A model generated the notes under the pieces. It had not been told where the DNA came from, did not search any database, and saw nothing but the letters and a program-made list of their open reading frames with translations. A DNA stretch of 64,000 nucleotides, from contig OZ242278.1 of NCBI GenBank assembly GCA_965207475.1, forward strand, positions 8,454 through 72,453, written 5' to 3'. The translations under genes were made by a program, and so were the position numbers. This document shows positions 8,819-18,769 of this stretch, one piece after another (position 1 is the first letter of the stretch; the number at the start of each line of letters is the position of its first letter). This DNA comes from Gammaproteobacteria bacterium. GTDB lineage: Bacteria > Pseudomonadota > Gammaproteobacteria > UBA4575.

Positions 8819-11800
8819 GCTGACGATAACAACCCTAGGTTTCCTAACTCTACCTTCCTACAGTTCAGTTTGTCCAAGGATGTAATACGCCACATTCCCC
8901 AGTCTGATTCAGTTCCTGAAACACTATGATGGCGCAGAAAAAGGTCTATTCTCTTGTCACCACTGCCGCTCATTTTCTGCACTCTGAAGTACGGTGTCTC
9001 TGCATGCTCAGGTGCAAATTTATTCATATCTTCAAATATACTCATGTCCTCACAATACACCATATCATTGATGCATAAATCCAATTCGTAACACCATCCT
9101 TCCAACTCAGAAGGCGGCTCTTTTACTACGACCGGTTTTCCTGCACTGGCACGCTTAGCTGCCTCCAGCATTGTTATAATCTGAAATCGCCTTTCTTTGT
9201 TAGTGCCCTCCTGCCCATTATGAAAAATGATCATGTGATGATTGCTGCCAGACAGGACATATGAGTTGCCTGTCTTAAGGTAAGACTCTGTCATAGATCG
9301 CGCAATACGAGCATGCAGGATAGGAGTAGAGGGATTGCCTCTTTTGTCGAGTACACGAGGTGGTGTCTTATCTAGTTTCGCTTTAATTGCGTTGGATTTT
9401 TCTCCTACAAGATTGTTCATTTCCAACCAGTAGAAAAGGGCATCATGAATAGATTTCTCAACTACCCATGTACCAGTCCCTGGTGTCCAATTCCTGGAAA
9501 GTTTGGACAGATACTCAGCTGTCAATTCCTTGCGGCAAGTCACACAAGGTGTCTGATAGATAATTTTGGCCAGCTCTTTTCCTTTCCAACGAGGCAATGT
9601 GCGGTCAGTTGGCTTAAGTTTTTTTGCTTTCGCAGCCCAATGTAACAGGACTGAGCGCAGGTCCTTATCCAGGATACAGCTACCGCCATCTCCATCTGGT
9701 CCAGCTTGTGCAATTTGTTGCACTTCTTTAAGAATATTTAACCTCATGCTCTCAATGTTCAGACACTGGTCAAAGTACGATCTTCCATAATTAGTCTCTT
9801 CGTGCAAAGCACCCCAGACTCTGCGCTTGGTCATGTGGGATACGACAGTGGTATTCAACCGATTACTCAAAAGACTGTGCAAGTCATGACTATCCTCCCA
9901 GCTTGTAGACAATCTCAAACGATTCTTCTTGATCCAGTCTTCTTTGGTAGTTCGATGCGGCAAAAACTTCTTATCCTGTTCCTTTTTATAGGCTTCAATC
10001 ATTGACTTCAGCATGGCCCGGTCAGTAATGGCCACCACAAACGCGTCCACTGCGTGATGACGATGGTCGTGTCTCGATTTCTCAGACTTTTCTGCTTTGT
10101 CCGCACTATATTGCAAAACTTCACCTGTCTCCGTATCAATCTCTTTACCTGTTTCTATATAAACACCAGAATCAGGTTTCCGGGGCAAAACGGAATTCAA
10201 TCCCAGTTTCCGACGAAGCTCACTTGTGGCTGCACCGTTGTTAACGTCGATTGGCACTGCATATTTTTCCAACATCTTTTTTGAAGATGTAGCAATGTAC
10301 CGGGTATCATTGAGTTGTCTATTTACGAAATCACTTTCACTTTCCGGGCAGTGTGCCTTTTTAAGGAGATTGTTTCGCTTACGGAGATTCTGATCTTTGC
10401 CAAATTTTTCCTTGGCGAACTTCTCTATTTGCTTCCATCGATTCTCATCATGTCCCCAAGTTTCATAAGGTGTATGCCTTCCTTTTTCATCATTACAGCT
10501 GTGGCAACTGACAAGCGTATTCATGTAATTCTGTCTGAAACCTGTGTACGGAAGGATATGCTCAACTTCTGCTCCACCAGAAAATAGCTGGCCGATACCG
10601 ATCAACTTCTGGCAGTAAGGACATTGCTCATCTTGCTCTTTCCACATCTTGTATTTTGATCGGTCATCAGGACTGATACGACAGGCAACACCTCCTCGTA
10701 CTCCCTCCAGGTTGATCCCGATGCTGCCTGTCTTGTAGTGTTTCAGAATTTCCTCTTCCGCATCTTCGTTTCGTTTCCTGTTCTGCTTTTGCTGGCTTGC
10801 AATCTCAGCACGGTGCCTTTTTGAAGATTTCATCTCCCGTGCCATCTCAATACGGATAATGGCTGGCTTGCCATAACGCTTCACAATTGAATTAACTACC
10901 CGGCGTATTTCATAAAGTGCTTTCTGCACGGTCGGATTTGCTACATTCGGGACATCCTCAACTTTCAACAGATACCCTTCATTAGTAGCTTTCTGTATCT
11001 TAGTAATGCTTTCAATTTGTCCAATTTGTTTTACTGCTGCATAAAGGTCCATACCATTACGCAGATGAGGGAGTAATTCGTTGACAGCCTTAAGACTGTA
11101 CTTACCATAACCATCTTCCAACTGTTCGTTCATGGCAAGTCCCAAAGCACCCTTTTCATGGTTACGATTAGGAAGATAGGAAGGAAACTTCCAGTACTTA
11201 ACAAGTCTGTCATACAACGCTTTTTTATTGTGCATGGTATGCAGATCTTCAACTAATTTAATCTGCTTTTCCTTACCTAATTTCTGCCATTGTCGAATGT
11301 CAATTGAATGGCTGATGGCTTGAGCCGTTCGATTCCCGATGAGTCCATTTTTCCCTGCACCGTCATCACGATTCTCGCCGTAATTTAGATTCTTGACCTT
11401 TACATCTAGTGCCCTAGCAACTTCTTTCCACGAGATACGCCCCTGCTTGTTTAATCTCTCTGGATCATCAGCTAAGTTCGTCAACTGCTCTCGTTGCTCT
11501 GCACTTAACGGTTTTTCACCGATCTGTATGTTGTTGATGACCTGAAGGGTCCGGAATTCCTGAAATTCCAGCCGCATCACAGTTGTGCGTTTCTTTTTTG
11601 GATAGATGCTACAGTTACCTACTGTACTCTTTTGCAATTGAAGCGGGCGTTGATCGAAAATTGCATTTTTTATCCCAATAAATTCATCTTCAGAAAAATG
11701 GTGAAAAGAATGTTGCTTTTCCCATATAGCATCAAATTCCTTTTCATACATTTCGCGGCTGGCACGAAATTCCAATTTCTCAATAACAGTTTCACCTCTA

Positions 11801-12558
11801 CGGGTTTTAGACCTTTCAAACTGAAACAGCGTGATGCGATGAGGAGGTATTTGCTTAGCCTGCGATGCCTGCCAAATAAACTGGCCAAGGGTACGGTTGC
11901 CAAGCTTTTGACCTAACTCGTCAATCGCCGCTAAAACATGACCCGTTTCTCTCTTCTCCTCCCCACTCAGGGTGTCCTGATCATCTTTAGGTGTTATGAG
12001 GTTTAAAGACTTAATCAGTTCAATATACTTTGCGCCCCGATTACTGAAATACCCGCGTCTGCGTTGCAAATGAAGTAGCAATCTACCAAACTCGTGAGGC
12101 TCCAGTTCTTCTACCAAAGAAAAATTTCGCGTGGCATAAGGAGAGCAGTACGCTTTATCAGTAACAGACCATGCCTTGGACTGGGGTTTGCCAAGTTTGC
12201 GCTCGGCATATCTTCGATCGATTTCATTAAGCACTTTTTCCGGATTTGCTTGGTAGTCCTGAGGCAGCAAACTTTTATTCAGAAGTATGTTTACAAGTTT
12301 TTTACGACGTTCTTTGTAATATGCTCGACGGTTGCGGGCACCACGTGCCTCACGGCGTTTTTGATTTTTTGGGACCCGTGTTTTGGCCTCCAGCATCTCC
12401 AAAAATATGCGGGAGTTCAAAGCGCGCAATGAAACCGGCTGATAGCCAGCATAAATTCCTTGATGGTTGCCTGCCTCTAGCTTGCAATCAACGACTGCCC
12501 AGCCGATTGAATTTGGACCTACATCCAAACCAAGAATGTAGGGAACTTTGTTTTGCAT
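8815..12558 (-). CDS. cas9: Type II-C Cas9, 1247 aa
   Basis: RuvC-I LGLDVGPNSIGWAVV, Arg-rich bridge helix, RuvC-II IEMARE, HNH EVEHILP...CHSCNDEKG, RuvC-III HRHHAVDA; no csn2 or cas4 in the operon. Confidence 0.97.
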   Translation of the reverse strand: MQNKVPYILGLDVGPNSIGWAVVDCKLEAGNHQGIYAGYQPVSLRALNSRIFLEMLEAKTRVPKNQKRREARGARNRRAYYKERRKKLVNILLNKSLLPQDYQANPEKVLNEIDRRYAERKLGKPQSKAWSVTDKAYCSPYATRNFSLVEELEPHEFGRLLLHLQRRRGYFSNRGAKYIELIKSLNLITPKDDQDTLSGEEKRETGHVLAAIDELGQKLGNRTLGQFIWQASQAKQIPPHRITLFQFERSKTRRGETVIEKLEFRASREMYEKEFDAIWEKQHSFHHFSEDEFIGIKNAIFDQRPLQLQKSTVGNCSIYPKKKRTTVMRLEFQEFRTLQVINNIQIGEKPLSAEQREQLTNLADDPERLNKQGRISWKEVARALDVKVKNLNYGENRDDGAGKNGLIGNRTAQAISHSIDIRQWQKLGKEKQIKLVEDLHTMHNKKALYDRLVKYWKFPSYLPNRNHEKGALGLAMNEQLEDGYGKYSLKAVNELLPHLRNGMDLYAAVKQIGQIESITKIQKATNEGYLLKVEDVPNVANPTVQKALYEIRRVVNSIVKRYGKPAIIRIEMAREMKSSKRHRAEIASQQKQNRKRNEDAEEEILKHYKTGSIGINLEGVRGGVACRISPDDRSKYKMWKEQDEQCPYCQKLIGIGQLFSGGAEVEHILPYTGFRQNYMNTLVSCHSCNDEKGRHTPYETWGHDENRWKQIEKFAKEKFGKDQNLRKRNNLLKKAHCPESESDFVNRQLNDTRYIATSSKKMLEKYAVPIDVNNGAATSELRRKLGLNSVLPRKPDSGVYIETGKEIDTETGEVLQYSADKAEKSEKSRHDHRHHAVDAFVVAITDRAMLKSMIEAYKKEQDKKFLPHRTTKEDWIKKNRLRLSTSWEDSHDLHSLLSNRLNTTVVSHMTKRRVWGALHEETNYGRSYFDQCLNIESMRLNILKEVQQIAQAGPDGDGGSCILDKDLRSVLLHWAAKAKKLKPTDRTLPRWKGKELAKIIYQTPCVTCRKELTAEYLSKLSRNWTPGTGTWVVEKSIHDALFYWLEMNNLVGEKSNAIKAKLDKTPPRVLDKRGNPSTPILHARIARSMTESYLKTGNSYVLSGSNHHMIIFHNGQEGTNKERRFQIITMLEAAKRASAGKPVVVKEPPSELEGWCYELDLCINDMVYCEDMSIFEDMNKFAPEHAETPYFRVQKMSGSGDKRIDLFLRHHSVSGTESDWGMWRITSLDKLNCRKVELGNLGLLSSA

Positions 12559-12581
12559 TTTCAGAATTTAGGCATTAGTAT
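12553..12581 (+). promoter_or_regulatory. Putative sigma70 promoter for tracrRNA (TTGCAT-N17-TAGTAT)
   Basis: Hexamers at 12553-12558 and 12576-12581 with 17-nt spacing, just before the anti-repeat. Confidence 0.5.
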
Positions 12582-12587
12582 GCAGGG

Positions 12588-12700
12588 CATTATATAGTGT
12601 ATCTGAACTGAGCCTGCTCGTTTTTTACAACAAAATTCTAGCAGGATATGTCTTTTATGACTAAACCTTAACGCCTCTCAATGGGGCGTTTTCAGTTTTA
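12588..12700 (+). ncRNA. tracrRNA
   Basis: 12596-12616 AGTGTATCTGAACTGAGCCTG is a perfect 21-nt reverse complement of the repeat 3' part, continues as TTACAAC (pairs with ATTGTAG), followed by a terminator-like hairpin; ends approximate. Confidence 0.88.
12670..12699 (+). terminator. tracrRNA 3' hairpin / intrinsic terminator
   Basis: AACGCCTC-TCAAT-GGGGCGTT followed by TTCAGTTTT. Confidence 0.65.
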
Positions 12701-13182
12701 GACAACTTGGATGTTAGAGGCTACCCTTTCTGGTGCCACACTGGATACGAATCTGGCAAACCATGCAGCCTTCAATGCCGCATACTGACTGGGCTATTAG
12801 CCCTCCTCAGAAATCATCACAAGTCTTTCTCAGGCTCTGATACATTAACCCCTTTCAATCCAGTATGCTGACCAAGTCTTGAGAATACCCAAAGCAAATA
12901 GGCTGTTCAGGAGGTAACTGAATTAGTTCGGTGATTTAACCGGACAGCAGTGTTTTCCTACCGATTTGCCAAAGTAAACAGCCACACGTACTTGTGTCCG
13001 CAGACCTCGCACAGCCGTTGCCGGGTGGAATATAGAATTTAGTATATAGCTAACTGATTATAATAAATAAATAATTTTTTTAAATCAGTATGTCCCACTT
13101 AAGGTGGGTCTCTACCGGCCCATTGTTTGAGCAATTATCTGCACAACTTGGACACGTCTGGTGTTAAGTGTAAGTTAGGAAA

Positions 13183-14214
13183 TCAAGGAACCTGGCCCCA
13201 GCACTTCTTCAGAGCCTCCTCACTGGAGATGGACGGAATGCCAGGAACCGGGATGTCGGTGACTAGCGTCACACCCGTATCACTGAACTCCAGACCGGGT
13301 GTGTGCTCTGGCTTTCTGCCCGTTTTGACGAACTCGACCACGGCCTTGACGCCGAGCGACGCCATCCTGATGGGGTACTGCATCGCGGTTGCGCCGATCA
13401 CCCCAGCGGCGACGTCGCGCACCCCACGGCAGCTACCGTCAACCGTCACAATCGTCACGTCCTTCTCCATGCCCAGCGCCATGAGCGCCGCATGGGCACC
13501 AGTCGCCGCTGGCTCGTTGATCGCGTAGACTACATCAATTCCCGGGTGCATGCGCATCAGAGTATACATGGCGGCCCGTCCGCCTTCCTTCGTACCCCAC
13601 GTGCTAGCACTGCCAACGATACGGGGGTCGTCCTCATCGTGCTTCTTCCCCTGGTCACGGATGTCGATGCCGAAGCCCCGGAGAAACCCCTGATTGCGCT
13701 GCACGTCCACCGTGATCTGTGCTTCGTACCCGTCCAGCGTGGCAATCCGTGCACGTTTCGCCGAATCCCCCAGCCTCGCCATCGCCCACAGGCCGATCAG
13801 TTCACCGGCTCTGAAATTGTCGGTCGCGAAAGTCGCATCCACTGACCCTGGCAGGTCGAAAGGAGTGTCGAGTGCAACCACCATAGCACCGGCTTTCCGC
13901 GCCCTGGCGACGACATCCTCAAGCACCGCAGGGTCCGAGGGCGTGATTAGGATTCCCTTCGTCCCCGCGTTTACGAGACTCTCTATCGCCTCTATCTGCG
14001 TCCGAGTGTCCCCGTCGTAGGCGCCCGAGAAGGTGCGCAGCTCGACACCGAGCGAATCGGCTTTCTCGAACGCCGCCTGTTTCATAGTCACAAAAAACGG
14101 GTTGGTGTTGGTCTTTACGATCAGCCCGACGATCGGTTCGGCGGCTAGGCCGGGAGAGGCGGATAACACACATGCCAGTACCAGGGCAGAAAAGAGAAGG
14201 TTCAGGGGGGTCAT
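13183..14214 (-). CDS. Sugar ABC transporter periplasmic binding protein (FrcB/RbsB-like), orphan
   Basis: Signal peptide; GLIVKTNTNPFFVTMK, ATFATDNFRAG, VYAINEP, VDGSCRG, ATAMQYP. Confidence 0.88.
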   Translation of the reverse strand: MTPLNLLFSALVLACVLSASPGLAAEPIVGLIVKTNTNPFFVTMKQAAFEKADSLGVELRTFSGAYDGDTRTQIEAIESLVNAGTKGILITPSDPAVLEDVVARARKAGAMVVALDTPFDLPGSVDATFATDNFRAGELIGLWAMARLGDSAKRARIATLDGYEAQITVDVQRNQGFLRGFGIDIRDQGKKHDEDDPRIVGSASTWGTKEGGRAAMYTLMRMHPGIDVVYAINEPAATGAHAALMALGMEKDVTIVTVDGSCRGVRDVAAGVIGATAMQYPIRMASLGVKAVVEFVKTGRKPEHTPGLEFSDTGVTLVTDIPVPGIPSISSEEALKKCWGQVP

Positions 14215-14427
14215 CGCGTTGCCCCAGGTGATGCGTGACCGTTGAATCTGGAGTTTCCACACGCCATCCGCCAGTTGCTCACCAAAAACGTGCCAGGAGT
14301 CAATGGCGGGGCGGTAACGATTTTTCATTAAATCGTGTCTGTTGTTAGCTTGCCGACCCATGTATTGAATGCTACCAGCGTGTCCTCTCAAAGGCCATCT
14401 TCCTGAATTCTTGGCCAGTTGGGCAAA

Positions 14428-14915
14428 ATGAGCTTGAGTAGACCGACCATGATCACCTGGAAAAATTGTTGGTTTATGCCGCAGGCCAAGACATTTGTCA
14501 TGGGACGTCACGGCATGCGCCAGCACCCCGGCATCGCAAAGCCCAGGGATGCGCAGCAGGGCCTCGCCAGACTCGGGCTCTCCCGGGTCATGCCGGGGTG
14601 GATGAGCCGCTGGCTCAGCGACCCGGCCGTGCCTGCCTGGATGACTGTCGGGGAGGCACGCCTGCCCATGCATGCCGATGCGGACCCCGCCATGGCCATC
14701 GACTGCGGCAGTTGTCACGGCGAACATAACCTCGATACCGTCCGTGCCGCAGTCGAGGCCTGTGCATCCTGCCACATGCCAAAACTTGAACACCGCAGGC
14801 AGGTGCGCACCACCCACAACCAGAACGACAACCTGCGGCCCAACGAGAAAATGATACGGACCGTCTGCCTGGACTGTCACAGCCTCGGCTTTTCACTGGA
14901 TGCGCTTGCCGATGC
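14428..14915 (+). pseudogene. Fragment of a multiheme cytochrome c
   Basis: Three CxxCH motifs (CGSCH, CASCH, CLDCH) and HNQNDNLRPNEKMIR; no signal peptide or intact N-terminus. Confidence 0.7.
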
Positions 14916-14951
14916 CGGGAGGCAGACGACCCACGCCCCCCCGCTACTTGG

Positions 14952-15539
14952 TTGGGTGTTCACACAATCCGGCATTTACTGTTCGCACCGTTCGCACTGC
15001 TGCTTGCCGCCCTGGCGCTGACTGCAGAGGCGCAGAACCGCCATCCCCCCGAGACTGCCACGATGAGCCACAGCGCCAACCATATTTCCCTGCGGGCTCC
15101 TGACAGGCCGCCCCTGCCGATTTATTTCCTGTCGCAAAAGGTCCAGATCCTCCCCCATCCGGGCTCCACGACATGGGACCATACGAATAGTAACCCTTGT
15201 ATAGTGCCCAATGCGGTGCTTGCCGTGGTACCCAGGATGTACGGCAACGGACATCTCGGCCAAACGATCAGCTTGCCGATGCGCACCTGCGGTTCACATA
15301 CCGTCGGAGAGACGTTCCGGATGACCTGGCTCGGCGATAGCAGCAAGGCTTGGCGGAGGTGCGAGTCTACACCCCACGGTGAGAGGTGCAGCCTCCATCG
15401 CACAGGTACCGGAACACCGGCCCGCGCGTACTTCTCGTTTGACCTCGGCCCCAACTGTGAGGGGAATTCGGTGGTTACAACGGAGATGGGCCTTGTTCAG
15501 GGGGCCACGCACTGCTGGACCGATGTGACGATTCAATGA
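14952..15539 (+). CDS. Hypothetical secreted Cys-containing protein
   Basis: Signal peptide (LLFAPFALLLAALALTAEA) followed by a beta-rich body with six Cys; start uncertain. Confidence 0.55.
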   Translation: MGVHTIRHLLFAPFALLLAALALTAEAQNRHPPETATMSHSANHISLRAPDRPPLPIYFLSQKVQILPHPGSTTWDHTNSNPCIVPNAVLAVVPRMYGNGHLGQTISLPMRTCGSHTVGETFRMTWLGDSSKAWRRCESTPHGERCSLHRTGTGTPARAYFSFDLGPNCEGNSVVTTEMGLVQGATHCWTDVTIQ

Positions 15540-15661
15540 GGGGGCATGTGCGCTCTTCAACCGGCTCCATGCGCCCGCCCGCCGGAGACCGTGATCGAGG
15601 CCTTGGCACCGCACACGAATTTCAGTGACAATGCGGTTGTGTGCCGGATGGAGGGAGAATC

Positions 15662-16225
15662 ATGAAACGAATTGCAGTGGCGGTCGGGTTCTTGTGGAGT
15701 GTTGGCGTGGCCATGACAGCCGCATGGGCCTCCGAGGGAGTTTCGTACGCGAAGGTCGCGGACATGCTGTACCAGGTGATGTCGGCCAACCGTGAGGTCT
15801 ACACCCGTGTCGTGGTCCAGCGCCTTACCGTGGACGAGAAAATCCTGACTGCCTCGGAGCACTTTGAGGACGATGCCGGCCTGCCACTGCCCTCACAGAT
15901 GTTTCGGTTCGTGTCCGAGGCAGTGCTGGACAACACGGAAGACTTCTCCTATTCACTGTTGTCCCTGCATCCCATCAACAAGAAGAACGGTCCTGCCACG
16001 GACCTGGAGCGTCAGGGGCTTGAGTATGTGGCCGATAACCCGGGAGAAAACTTCTACGGCGAAGAGGAGCTTGGCGGTGAGCGTTATTTCAGTGCGGTGT
16101 ACCCCGATTATGCTGTGGTCGAAGCTTGTGTCCAGTGTCACAACAACCATAAGGACTCCCCACGTACTGACCTCGAGCTAGGTGAAGTAATGGGTGGCAT
16201 CGTCATTCGTATCCCGATGGACTGA
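15662..16225 (+). CDS. DUF3365 / Tll0287-like c-type heme protein
   Basis: Signal peptide, LPLPSQMFR, YSLLSLHPIN, ACVQCHNNH, GEVMGGIVIRIP. Confidence 0.85.
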   Translation: MKRIAVAVGFLWSVGVAMTAAWASEGVSYAKVADMLYQVMSANREVYTRVVVQRLTVDEKILTASEHFEDDAGLPLPSQMFRFVSEAVLDNTEDFSYSLLSLHPINKKNGPATDLERQGLEYVADNPGENFYGEEELGGERYFSAVYPDYAVVEACVQCHNNHKDSPRTDLELGEVMGGIVIRIPMD

Positions 16226-16499
16226 CAGCATTACTCACCTATGCTGGCATTTACAACAGAGATTTTTCCTTCATTTGGAGGTGGAAGCTGATGTGTCACC
16301 ATACAACATACCATGCCTTTGAGTGTGACTGTATTACGCTTTTACCTGACTTCGCAGTGTAAAGAGGATAATAAACGTTAGTCGATTGCGCGTGTTTAGA
16401 CTGACTTGGGAATGCTGTGCACGTCAGCGATCTTGGATGCTAGTGCCAAAACCTGATATAATTCTCGCGTTCGTGAAGTAATACTCCTTGCCAGAAGTT

Positions 16500-16533
16500 A
16501 AGGCCTGTACGAAGTACAGGCCTTTTTATTTTT
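16500..16533. terminator. Intrinsic terminator
   Basis: AAGGCCTGTAC-GAA-GTACAGGCCTT followed by T tract. Confidence 0.75.
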
Positions 16534-16647
16534 GAGGATTAAATACTGTAATCGGCAAAAGGCAGCCCGGCACAGGATTCGCGAGATGAGAACAGCATTT
16601 GACATCTCGATCCTCCCGCACCGGAACTGTCAAAGTGTGTGCCAGCT

Positions 16648-17151
16648 TCACCGGCGCACAACAAATACCGCCTGTTTTCTTCCATCAAGGCTGTGGAAAT
16701 GGCCTTGCCCCAGTAAGAGGATCATCCCATATCTATTGGCTTCACGGCTGCCTGGTATGACACACAGCATTATGAAGGCTGTAATGTAAGCTGCTCCGCT
16801 AAATACACGCGCATCTATCATCGTTATAGGAATCCACATCAAAACAAACCAGCCGTTTAAATTCATGTCATGCAAACGTTGCACGGTAAGCGTCACACCA
16901 GCAAACGCGCTGAAAAGCACAATCAGCAAAAAAGCTATAACTATGACAGTGGAATAAATATCAGCAAATGAAAAAAAATCCCTCCAATGATAATGATCCG
17001 AATAATCATGCTTAGTGGTAGGGTCCAGGATATAGAGCAGAGAAATGGCAAATATCTCGATTGCCACTAGCAACAAGATTGCCTGGATATAGCTCTTTCT
17101 GTTTCTTCGGCCGGAAAATGTAAACCAGTACCTTGTAGCGGGGAGTGTCAT
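16648..17151 (-). CDS. DUF805 family inner membrane protein
   Basis: FTFSGRRNRKSY, TVQRLHDMNLNGWF, PGSREANRYG. Confidence 0.85.
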   Translation of the reverse strand: MTLPATRYWFTFSGRRNRKSYIQAILLLVAIEIFAISLLYILDPTTKHDYSDHYHWRDFFSFADIYSTVIVIAFLLIVLFSAFAGVTLTVQRLHDMNLNGWFVLMWIPITMIDARVFSGAAYITAFIMLCVIPGSREANRYGMILLLGQGHFHSLDGRKQAVFVVRR

Positions 17152-17431
17152 TGCGGTTGATGGATGCCAACAATAAAATTGATATCAAGTGAATAGTTTA
17201 CTCTCTCAAACGCCCATATTTCCAACAGAATCTTGCTGTGCGACCCGTGTGACAAGTTGAAAAGCAACCTCTACACGCTGTCTGGTTTACGAAAACAGAA
17301 CAAGAAGTTAGGATTTATGGGCTCATAACCAAGATTTTGATTGAATCAGTATATTTCAATAGCTTAAACTGCATGTAAAGCAATAAGATTTGCTTATAAC
17401 CAATGCTGGTTGAGGGGCAGGAGGTTATGAT

Positions 17432-17640
17432 ATGAGCGAAAGTAAAAAGCTGAATGGCAGTGTGGGCTTGCTTGCAAAAGCAATGAAGCAAGTATTCACA
17501 GAAGCTGTATAGGGTGCTGTTGAGCCAATCCATGAAGAATTGAAAGGAATCAAATCAGAACTACCAATGAAAACATTGCAGTCACAATTTGCCGAGCAAG
17601 ATAGAAAAATGAATGGAAATGGTTTATCTGGCCAATTACA
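17432..17640 (+). pseudogene. Small coiled-coil hypothetical gene with internal stop
   Basis: AGGAGG RBS, MSESKKLNGSVGLLAKAMKQVFTEAV*GAVEPIHEELKG; TAG at 17510-17512. Confidence 0.45.
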
Positions 17641-17692
17641 GGGAATGGAATTGCACACTCCATTTTGGGGTACTAAGGATATAGTTCCTTTT

Positions 17693-18529
17693 TTGAGATA
17701 TAGAGGTATCGTTTCGCTTGTCTTGTGCGCACTGGTCACCGGCTGCATGAGTGGCGGGTCCAGTGATATTCCCATACCGCCTCCTGAATATTACGCGATA
17801 CAGGACTATGAGCGGATCGCTTCGAATGCCAACGTCCTGCTTTCCACGGACAGGATCAACTGGGTGCCAGGGCGCACCGAACCTGAACGCGTTTCCGTGG
17901 AATGCAGGGGCATGTTCTGTTCGGTTGGCTACTCGGCTTTCATACGCTCAAACAAGGTGGTTCAAGTTTTTACTGAGGATCTCACGATACTGTCGGATAC
18001 CGCCGGAATCAGTACGGCCGTGCAAGATTACAGGAGGAGCAGCTGGGGTGACATGTACACCTATGGTGGCTGGATGGAATACAGTTTATTTGCTTCGACC
18101 GCCGTTCTTTGGAAGAACGACCTGGATCCTGACCAGGGGGTGGTCCAGGTGTTTGCTACCGTGACCGGGAATGCGACAGGTACCAGTCCTGGGATGGAAG
18201 CCACCTGGACAGGCTTTGTATCGGCCAGAGATGACACGGCAGGTACGGATCGAACCTCTTACGTGACGGGAGATGCCAACATATCCGTGAGCATTGGTGA
18301 AGCAGTGCTAGTGGACGTGTCCCTGACCGGCATGGCCAATGTTACCACCGGCCAGGCCTATGGTGATGTGACCCACGAGGGCATGGTTGTGACGGACGGG
18401 CAGTTCAGCCGCTATCATGCGGATGATGACCGGATATCGGGAGTATTCTACGGCCCAAACCACGAGGAAGTGGGTGGGGTATTTGAGCATCCCCAAGGAT
18501 TGTTGGGATCATTTGGAGGGTCAAGATAA
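17693..18529 (+). CDS. Lipoprotein with TbpB-like C-terminal beta-barrel
   Basis: TTG start gives MRYRGIVSLVLCALVTG-C lipobox; C-terminal ISGVFYGPNHEEVGGVF...GSFGGSR. Confidence 0.75.
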   Translation: MRYRGIVSLVLCALVTGCMSGGSSDIPIPPPEYYAIQDYERIASNANVLLSTDRINWVPGRTEPERVSVECRGMFCSVGYSAFIRSNKVVQVFTEDLTILSDTAGISTAVQDYRRSSWGDMYTYGGWMEYSLFASTAVLWKNDLDPDQGVVQVFATVTGNATGTSPGMEATWTGFVSARDDTAGTDRTSYVTGDANISVSIGEAVLVDVSLTGMANVTTGQAYGDVTHEGMVVTDGQFSRYHADDDRISGVFYGPNHEEVGGVFEHPQGLLGSFGGSR

Positions 18530-18544
18530 CAGAGTGTAATGAAA

Positions 18545-18769
18545 GGGAATTATATACCTAGTGCCCCACGATTTGGGCCGATCTGTGCCGATCTGGAACA
18601 ACGTGCTCAAGGGATTCGGAAACAAGATACCGGGCACAGGCCGAACCAAACACTGGAAGCTGGTCAGGCGGTGATTTCAGGGTCGTGCGCTGGCGGATCC
18701 GAGGGACCCGCAGTCGCTCCTCAATGGCAAAGCTGGCGCACACTTTGGGGCACTAGGTATATAATTCCC
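18545..18769. mobile_element. 225-bp MITE-like element with perfect 24-bp terminal inverted repeats GGGAATTATATACCTAGTGCCCCA
   Basis: 18545-18568 and 18746-18769 are exact reverse complements; no credible internal ORF; no clear target-site duplication. Confidence 0.7.

Noticed and set aside
12830-12846. TCAGGCTC-TGATACATT partial match to the repeat 3' half (scaRNA- or CreA-like?)
   Set aside because: Short gapped match lacking the 5' repeat handle needed for tracrRNA pairing; compatible with chance
13183-14880. 565-aa version of the sugar-binding protein ORF
   Set aside because: N-terminal extension is the antisense of the cytochrome fragment; signal peptide starts at 14214
17540-17692. 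N-terminal extension of the lipoprotein ORF
   Set aside because: Runs through an upstream pseudogene and a repeat end; lipobox fits TTG17693
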